Positions 57,443-64,000 of a stretch of 64,000 bases of DNA are shown piece by piece. Below the pieces are notes generated by a model. That model was given only the letters and a program-made list of their open reading frames with translations. It was not told the origin of the DNA and ran no database searches. The DNA lies in IMG/VR virus record IMGVR_UViG_3300035670_000019, positions 1 to 64,000 of that record. One strand, given 5' to 3'. The translations under genes were made by a program, and so were the position numbers. The first letter of the stretch is position 1, and each line of letters opens with the position of its first letter. Source of the DNA: a virus.

Positions 57443-58177
57443 ATGGAAAATAAGTTTAGTATGCCAACAGAAATGGTTGAATTGCCTTCAAAAGGCTTAG
57501 TCTACCCAGAAACAAGTCCTCTCTCAAGCGGTAAAATTGAAATGAAATATATGACCGCTAAAGAAGAAGATATCTTAACTAACCAATCCTACATTCAAAA
57601 AGGAACAGTATTAGATGAACTAATCAAGTCTCTTATTGTTACTCCAGATATAAAATATGAAGATTTAATTGTGGGTGATAAAAATGCTTTACTAGTAGCT
57701 GCTCGTATTTTAGGTTACGGTAAAGATTATAAGTTTACATACGGTGGAGAAGAACAAACAATTGATCTATCAACTGTAGAAAATAAAGTTATTCTTGATC
57801 ATTTATATACTAAAGGTGTAAATGAATTTGAATATACACTTCCTTCAACAGGTACTAAAATTACCTTTAAACTTTTAACAGGCCATGATGAGAAAAAAAT
57901 CAATGCTGAGTTAGAAGGTTTAAAGAAAATCAATAAAAATAATGTACCTGAATTATCAACTCGTTTAAAATATATGATTACCTCAATTGAAGGTAATACA
58001 GAACCTAAAGCAATTAGGGAATTTGTTGATAATCATTTCTTAGCTCGTGACTCTAGAGCCTTCAGAGAGTACATAAAGGAGGTACAACCAGATGTTGATC
58101 TGACCTTTTTTCCCGACGGGAGCGACACAAAAGTTAACATTCCAGTTGGACTTAGCTTTTTTTGGCCTGACCTCTGA
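57443..58177 (+). CDS. Tail assembly chaperone / gp26-like baseplate hub assembly protein
   Basis: VELPSKG, MTAKEEDIL, GDKNALLVAARILGYG, terminal FFWPD; between tube and tape measure. Confidence 0.75.
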   Translation: MENKFSMPTEMVELPSKGLVYPETSPLSSGKIEMKYMTAKEEDILTNQSYIQKGTVLDELIKSLIVTPDIKYEDLIVGDKNALLVAARILGYGKDYKFTYGGEEQTIDLSTVENKVILDHLYTKGVNEFEYTLPSTGTKITFKLLTGHDEKKINAELEGLKKINKNNVPELSTRLKYMITSIEGNTEPKAIREFVDNHFLARDSRAFREYIKEVQPDVDLTFFPDGSDTKVNIPVGLSFFWPDL

Positions 58178-58445
58178 TCTAGCTAAACAACATCGAGTTA
58201 ATCTTTTTACTCAAATACATGAGATAGTTTTTCATGGCCAAGGCGGTTATGACTGGGAAACAGTCTATAACATGCCTATTTGGCTTCGTAAGTTCACTTT
58301 CCATAAAATGAAAGAACATTATGATGAGAAAAATGGAGATGGAAATGGTGATCTAGCATCTCAAACTAAAGCTATCAAAGATGGTAAAATCCAACTCCCA
58401 GACCATTTTAAAGGTAAATTAGCCAATAAAGCTCCAAAGTATTAA
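58158..58445 (+). CDS. Probable +1 frameshift extension of the tail chaperone
   Basis: Overlapping +1 frame entered at the T7 run 58157-58163; no convincing start codon before the conserved-looking IHEIVFHG..GYDW..VYNMP.WLR segment. Confidence 0.6.
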   Translation, partial: FFGLTSDLAKQHRVNLFTQIHEIVFHGQGGYDWETVYNMPIWLRKFTFHKMKEHYDEKNGDGNGDLASQTKAIKDGKIQLPDHFKGKLANKAPKY

Positions 58446-58472
58446 TATTTATAATATATACTTTATCACAAC

Positions 58473-61400
58473 ATGGCTGAAGAATCTAAGTTATCAAAAG
58501 CGGAAATACAAGAATTAAGAGCCCTTATAAGACTTCTTAAGGAAGAAATGACTGATGTTGAGTTTGATAACTTAATCAAATCAGGTCCAGCAGCTAAAAA
58601 ACTATTAACAGAATTAAGAGTAGAAAATGGCTCTTTTAGAGATAGCATTTCAGATGCTCGTGAAGCATTTAAAAGACTTTCTGATGAAATTAAAGGTACT
58701 CAATCTGGTGTAAAAACAGTAGCCTCTATCTATAATAAAACAGCTAGACTAGCTGAAGACATCCAGCGATACCAAAAAGGTATAGTTGATTATAATGAAA
58801 AAGATATATCTAAACTTCAAGAAAAATCAAAAATTCAAAAATTAGATCTTGAAAATGCTGATAAAGTTTTAAAAGCTGAAGAAAAAGATTTAAAATTAGC
58901 TGAACAAAACAAAAAACTCCTACAAGATCAATTACTACTCCAGTACGACCTTAAAAAAGCAGCTCTACAGAGACAGGGGATAGATATTAAAAATAACAGA
59001 GAGTTAAAAGAACTTGAAAAACAATACAATAAAGTAGATAAAGAGCTTGAATCTATTAGTGAAAAACTAGAAAAGAATAGAGACACTCAAGGTGAAATTA
59101 GTGGAGCATTAAAAGATCAAGATGGTTTTTACAATGTATTAAATGCCTCTATAGCAGATCTTAATAGTAAATTAGAACAACAGAATAAATTATTAGGATT
59201 AGGTGGTGCGGTTGTAGCAAGTTTAGACACAGCTTTAAATGGTTTAGGATTAGGTAGATTAGCTGGTGCTTTAGGTATTAGTGAAGCTAAAAACGAAATG
59301 GATGAATTTTCTAAGAAAATTCTTAAAGATCGTGAAGAGCAATTAATTTTAGAAAAAGAAATTAAGGATGAGATGAAAGCTAGAGCAGGAGGTAAAGGTC
59401 AACTTTCACCTGAAGTTTTAGCTGAAAAGTATAAACAATTAAATGCTCTTAAAGCTCAAAATGCTCAATATGATGGTATAAATGGTAAGTTAGCTGTATT
59501 GAAGAAAGGTATTTCTTCAATGGGAGCGTCTTTGCTTAAAAATCTAACTGACCCTGTATCTTTAGCTGTAGCAGCAGTAGGAGCATTAATTAGTACTTTA
59601 AAAGCATCAGACCAAGCAACAGGAGAATTAGCTAAAAATTTTGGTACAAGCTACAGAGAAGCTTCCAAAATGCGACAAGAATTAAATGAAGTAGCTAACT
59701 CCACAAGTAACATTAATGTTACAACTGAAAAACTACAAAAAACTCAAATGGCTGTTGCAGCAGCTGTTGGTTCTACCGCTATGCTAAATCAAGAAGATTT
59801 AGTTACCATGACTGAAATGGTAGAACAAGCTGGCTATCAGTATGATGAGGTAATGAATATTCAAAAATTATCTCTAGCACAAGGTAAAACATTAAAAGAT
59901 AATACAACACAAATACTAGGAGCTGCTAAAGCATATGCCTCTAGAAACAAATTAGTTATAAATGAAAAAGAAGTTCTTAAAGAAGTAAACAAAATGTCAG
60001 CCTCCTTAAAATTATCATTAGGTGGTAGCGCTGATAAAATGGCTGAAGCTGTTGTTAAAACTAAAGCTCTTGGTTTAAGTATAGAACAAGCTGAAAAAAT
60101 GGCTGATGGGTTATTACAATTTGAGTCTTCTATTTCTTCTGAAATGGAAGCTGAAATGTTAACCGGTAAAGCTTTAAATTTTGAAAAAGCAAGATTATTA
60201 GCTTTAAATAATGATGTAGCAGGGGCAGCTGAAGAAATAGCTAAACAGGTAGGTACTTCCGCTGATTTTGCTAAAATGAACCGCATCCAACAAGAAGCAT
60301 TAGCTAAAGCTGCTGGTATGGAGAGAGATGAGTTGGCTCAATCGTTAATGGATAGAGAAGCATTAGCCGCTTTATCTGATGTTGAAGGTAAAACAGCTAA
60401 AGAACGTTTTGATAATTTAGTTAAAGAAGTTGGAATGGAAGAAGCTAAAAAACGTCTAGGAAACGATGAATTAGCCCAACAATATGAATCCCAATCAATA
60501 CAAGAAAAATTCCAAGCCACAGCCCAAAAAGTCATGGATATTTTTGTATCCATGGCTCAACCTATATTAGATATAGTTAACGCTTTAACCCCTGTTTTCA
60601 AATTTGTTGGTTGGATAGCTAGTGGAATAGGTTCAATTGTAAATCTTTTAAATAAAGCTACCTTTGGTATGCTTCCTGCTCTTATAGGTGGTTTTGCAGT
60701 ACTTAAATTACTATCAGGTGATATAGGTAAATCATTACTTAAAGGCTTAGTTTATCCTTTTAAAGCAGCTAAAGAAGGACTTTCCTCATTAAGTGGTGGA
60801 CTTAAATCAATGTTTTCCGAAATCAAAGAAAAAGGAATTGGAGGAGCATTTAAAGACGCATTTACATCTGTTAAAGATAAAATTTCAGGTAAATCAAAAG
60901 CTAAAGACCTAGCTTCGAAAGTTGCGGAAATGAAAAAGCAATCCCCTGGTATGACTTCTAAAGAAGCTCTAGAAAAGATTAGAGCATCAAACAAAGACGT
61001 AGCAGGAGGAGCAGCGGATAAAGCAGGTAACTTAGCAAATAAAGCTAAAGATAAAGCTGATAAAGTATCTGATAGCACTAAAGGTGGAGATAAAGCTAAA
61101 AACTTTGCTGATAGAATGAAAAATATAGCTAAAGGTATAGCAGCCTTTGGCACTAAAGAAGTATTATTCGGAGCATTAAACCTTATCCCAGTATCCGTTG
61201 GTTTAATAGCTATGCTTCCTGGTTTTTTAGGTGCTAAAGCTATTGAAAAACTTGATGGTAAAAAATTAAAAACCTCATTAGAAGGTTTAGCTAAAGGTAT
61301 TGAAGCTATGGCTAAAGGTAAAGTAGCTTTAGGAGCATTAGCTTTAACAGCCGCTGGAGTAGCTTTAGTTGCTGCTCTTCCAGGCATGATAGCGGCTGCT

Positions 61401-62546
61401 GCTTTAGGAACTATAGGTCCATTAGTTGAAAAAGGTCTTACATCATTTGCAAAAGGTATTGAAAGATTAGGTACTGGTAAAGTATTTTTAGGTGCTGCTG
61501 CTTTAGCAGCGTTAGGAGCATCTTTAATCCCAGCAGCCATTGCTTTTAAAATGTTTGCTGATATAGATTGGGAAGATATGGGTAAAGCAGGAGCTGCATT
61601 AGTTGGATTAGGAGTAGCAGGGGCTGCATTTGGTGCTTTAGGTGAATCTGGATTGCTTTTTGTAGGAGCAGCAGCGATAGCAGCTTTAGGAGCTTCATTA
61701 ATACCATTTGCTTATGCTTTAAACCTAATGGCTCCTGCTTTAGAAAAATTTACTCCAATAATTGAAGTATTTGGTAACGTTATATCAAAAACATTTTCAG
61801 GAATAGCCAGTGTAATTACATCAGCATTTGATGGATTATCAAATCTATTTAAAACTTTAGGTGAAGTTGATCCTATTAAATTATTCGCTATAGGACCCGC
61901 TTTAGCAAGTATAGGAGCAGGTTTAGTAGCTTTAGGAGGTGGAGGTTTAGTTGGAGGTATATTAGGTAGTGTAGGTAAATTATTTGGTGGAGATATAGTT
62001 GAAAAATTCAATCATTTAGCTTCTATAGATTCAAGTAAAATATTAACATTAGCTGATGCTATTAATAAATTAAGTGAATCTTTAGCTAGTTTTACTATAG
62101 CAACTGCTAATATAGGTGATACATCAAATATAGAAAAAACTATTGCTAAATTAATAGATTTGCATGATGAGTTTGAAGATACACCTATGGAAAAAGTTAT
62201 CAATACAGCAGTAACAGGAGTTAGTAATTTATTTGATAAAGCTTCATCATTTGTTTCTTCAGTATTTACTCCATCTGAAACTTCAGAAAATATGCCTGAA
62301 ACTCAGATGATGTCTCCTTCAAATATTAACAATGTTAATCAATCATCAACCTCTATTAACAATACATCATCTAATATAGATAATACTAATGTTGTAACTA
62401 TATTAAAAGAAGCTGTAAGTGTATTAAAAGCTATCCAAGCTAAAGATACAAGTGTGCAATTAGCTGTAGATGGTGAAGTTATAGCTAAAAAAATAACTCC
62501 TAATGTTAGTAGAGAACAAGTTAGAACATACTCATCAGTTTCATAA
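58473..62546 (+). CDS. Tape measure protein
   Basis: 1357 aa, Ala/Leu/Lys-rich helical protein with hydrophobic repeats; follows the chaperone genes. Confidence 0.88.
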   Translation: MAEESKLSKAEIQELRALIRLLKEEMTDVEFDNLIKSGPAAKKLLTELRVENGSFRDSISDAREAFKRLSDEIKGTQSGVKTVASIYNKTARLAEDIQRYQKGIVDYNEKDISKLQEKSKIQKLDLENADKVLKAEEKDLKLAEQNKKLLQDQLLLQYDLKKAALQRQGIDIKNNRELKELEKQYNKVDKELESISEKLEKNRDTQGEISGALKDQDGFYNVLNASIADLNSKLEQQNKLLGLGGAVVASLDTALNGLGLGRLAGALGISEAKNEMDEFSKKILKDREEQLILEKEIKDEMKARAGGKGQLSPEVLAEKYKQLNALKAQNAQYDGINGKLAVLKKGISSMGASLLKNLTDPVSLAVAAVGALISTLKASDQATGELAKNFGTSYREASKMRQELNEVANSTSNINVTTEKLQKTQMAVAAAVGSTAMLNQEDLVTMTEMVEQAGYQYDEVMNIQKLSLAQGKTLKDNTTQILGAAKAYASRNKLVINEKEVLKEVNKMSASLKLSLGGSADKMAEAVVKTKALGLSIEQAEKMADGLLQFESSISSEMEAEMLTGKALNFEKARLLALNNDVAGAAEEIAKQVGTSADFAKMNRIQQEALAKAAGMERDELAQSLMDREALAALSDVEGKTAKERFDNLVKEVGMEEAKKRLGNDELAQQYESQSIQEKFQATAQKVMDIFVSMAQPILDIVNALTPVFKFVGWIASGIGSIVNLLNKATFGMLPALIGGFAVLKLLSGDIGKSLLKGLVYPFKAAKEGLSSLSGGLKSMFSEIKEKGIGGAFKDAFTSVKDKISGKSKAKDLASKVAEMKKQSPGMTSKEALEKIRASNKDVAGGAADKAGNLANKAKDKADKVSDSTKGGDKAKNFADRMKNIAKGIAAFGTKEVLFGALNLIPVSVGLIAMLPGFLGAKAIEKLDGKKLKTSLEGLAKGIEAMAKGKVALGALALTAAGVALVAALPGMIAAAALGTIGPLVEKGLTSFAKGIERLGTGKVFLGAAALAALGASLIPAAIAFKMFADIDWEDMGKAGAALVGLGVAGAAFGALGESGLLFVGAAAIAALGASLIPFAYALNLMAPALEKFTPIIEVFGNVISKTFSGIASVITSAFDGLSNLFKTLGEVDPIKLFAIGPALASIGAGLVALGGGGLVGGILGSVGKLFGGDIVEKFNHLASIDSSKILTLADAINKLSESLASFTIATANIGDTSNIEKTIAKLIDLHDEFEDTPMEKVINTAVTGVSNLFDKASSFVSSVFTPSETSENMPETQMMSPSNINNVNQSSTSINNTSSNIDNTNVVTILKEAVSVLKAIQAKDTSVQLAVDGEVIAKKITPNVSREQVRTYSSVS

Positions 62547-62586
62547 AATATAATATTTATAATAAACCCTTAAAATCAATAATAAC

Positions 62587-62766
62587 ATGGCAGAGTACAA
62601 AGGAATTGTAAACCGATTAGAAACAGAGGGATCATTATTAACCGCTTTTGATGGTAATACTCCACCACCTGCTGTTTTTCCTGATCCATTAGAATCATCA
62701 AACTCAATTTTATCTGGATATAAAGGTATAACTCCAAAAGGATATTTGGATAATCCCCCAAGATAA
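62587..62766 (+). CDS. Small hypothetical virion protein; missing from the ORF track
   Basis: 59 aa MAEYKGIVNRLETEGS...YLDNPPR after the late promoter at 62553. Confidence 0.6.
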   Translation: MAEYKGIVNRLETEGSLLTAFDGNTPPPAVFPDPLESSNSILSGYKGITPKGYLDNPPR

Positions 62767-62770
62767 TTAA

Positions 62771-64000
62771 ATGGGTTTAGTTAATCTAAAAACCGATCTA
62801 AAATCGTTAAAGTATGGGAATGACAGACCAGGAGGTGGTTCAAGTAACCAACCCTATATTGTCACTCCTATACCTGACGGTTTAACAGCTAATGGTCCTG
62901 ACTTTTTATTGAGACAGGGAGCGTTAAAGGCTTCTTTAACAGATATTAGCCGATTAACTAAATGGTTTTCAGATACACAATCTGTAAATGGGTTATTATT
63001 TACTACTAAGCAGATAGCTTTAGAAAGACAAAATCCTAAATTAGTTAACACTAATAGAATTTATTTACCTACTTCAACTATTTCTCAAGTTGGAGCTTTA
63101 GCTGTTGGATCACACTTTAATAAACAAGGTTTAGATCCATTATCACCATTAAGTTATTTCGCTGGAGGAACTGAAGGGTATTATTTTACTACTAGAGGTA
63201 TAGGTGAATATCCTACATTTCAAACTTTACCAAATGGAGAAATTGAAAATAGATTAACCATAGCTTATACAGCTAAAATAGCTAACCAGTCTTTAGGTGG
63301 TTTAGCTATTAACCCATTTGGAATAACTACTCTTAATCCAACCACTTTATTATCTTACTCAGGTGGTCCTAATGCTGTTTTAGGTTTAGGTTCAACTAAC
63401 ATCAGAATTCAAAACCCAACCATTAAACTTAAAGATGTTTATGAAGATGGTGAGGCTAGAACCGCTGAAATATATAATAATCCTAATAATGTATCTGCCC
63501 TAGAAGGCCAGAATTTTTTATCACATAAAATACCTACTTGGATATATAATCCTTCTTATAAAAATCCTGGAGCTTCATTTGAGTACCAAGTATATGCTAG
63601 TGAGAATGGAGTTGATGATGGGTATTTATTTAGACAATTATATAATGATAATATTTCTAATATTTTAAATAGAGATACTACCACTATATATAATAAACCT
63701 TTAGGTAATACTGGGGTTTCTATTAACTATGTTTCTACTGATCCTAGTAAACCTGGTTATTTGACTCCTAAAGGAGAAAAAGGGAATGTTGCTCCTACCA
63801 ACAATTACAATATTGACCAAATAATGTCTGTTGGGGCCAGCCAAAATTATTTTGATATATACAAAGATAAATTAGGTGAAGGAGGAGGATTTAGATTATT
63901 ATCTACTGAACCAAAAGAGATTGTAGAAAGAAATAGTGCTACTAGCCCTATAAGATTTCCTGAATTTAGAGAAGAAGCCACCACTAAAATAGAATACACT
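62771..64000 (+). CDS. Probable baseplate protein, 3'-truncated by the window edge
   Basis: ATG at 62771 (MGLVNLKTDLKSLKYGNDRPGGG...); the frame appears to run off the end; lies after the tape measure. Confidence 0.6.
   Translation, partial: MGLVNLKTDLKSLKYGNDRPGGGSSNQPYIVTPIPDGLTANGPDFLLRQGALKASLTDISRLTKWFSDTQSVNGLLFTTKQIALERQNPKLVNTNRIYLPTSTISQVGALAVGSHFNKQGLDPLSPLSYFAGGTEGYYFTTRGIGEYPTFQTLPNGEIENRLTIAYTAKIANQSLGGLAINPFGITTLNPTTLLSYSGGPNAVLGLGSTNIRIQNPTIKLKDVYEDGEARTAEIYNNPNNVSALEGQNFLSHKIPTWIYNPSYKNPGASFEYQVYASENGVDDGYLFRQLYNDNISNILNRDTTTIYNKPLGNTGVSINYVSTDPSKPGYLTPKGEKGNVAPTNNYNIDQIMSVGASQNYFDIYKDKLGEGGGFRLLSTEPKEIVERNSATSPIRFPEFREEATTKIEYT

Larger units (their letters stand above)
4307..62560 (+). 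promoter_or_regulatory. Dispersed late-promoter motif ATATTTAT (at least 26 copies upstream of genes)
   Basis: Copies at 4307, 7629, 8791, 9700, 14281, 16886, 19130, 22087, 22716, 23186, 27290, 28344, 29723, 31326, 33254, 39215, 39933, 45599, 50943, 52191, 54741, 55031, 56819, 57400, 58445, 62553. Confidence 0.8.

Noticed and set aside
969-63051. All minus-strand ORFs in the track (e.g. 60752..61540, 44382..44951, 36252..36722)
   Set aside because: They are antisense shadows of well-supported + strand genes, have no recognisable motifs and lack their own expression signals.
1-64000. tRNA/rRNA genes and stop-codon reassignment
   Set aside because: No cloverleaf or rRNA-like sequence was noticed in the short spacers; core genes are intact in the standard code, and TAA, TGA and TAG all end genes.

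Overview
This 64 kb, very AT-rich window is part of a large T4-superfamily-like myophage genome. All credible genes lie on the + strand and use the standard genetic code. Promoter signatures (TTTG-N20-TATATT), the absence of Shine-Dalgarno sites and a Bacteroidota-type histone H1-like gene suggest a Bacteroidota host (inference). The right half is the virion module: terminase, portal, prohead protease, scaffold, major capsid, PhoH, neck and tail completion proteins, Ser/Thr/Gly-rich fibres, sheath, tube, a tail chaperone with a probable +1 frameshift, and tape measure. The left half mixes a few host-sigma-driven genes (primase-like, PD-(D/E)xK exonuclease, DenV-like glycosylase, FAD oxidoreductase, vWA/MoxR trio, kinase) with many late-promoter (ATATTTAT) genes. 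Best candidate for a new system: about 15 of these late genes carry one of two short peptide tags followed by [LIVM]-x-E sites. One tag (F-x-[KR]-M-Q-x-L-A-G) matches the scaffold's own C-terminus. The tagged or co-transcribed domains include nucleotidyltransferases, a multi-enzyme polyprotein, membrane-helix proteins and a masked signal peptide, pointing to a modular capsid-cargo loading and protease-unmasking system. Other notable elements are a GIY-YIG cassette that replaces the 3' end of its target gene and carries a tagged cargo gene, a candidate pseudoknot RNA, and a virion-wide [ST]-[GAS]-S motif. All family calls come from motif recognition by eye; no searches were run.
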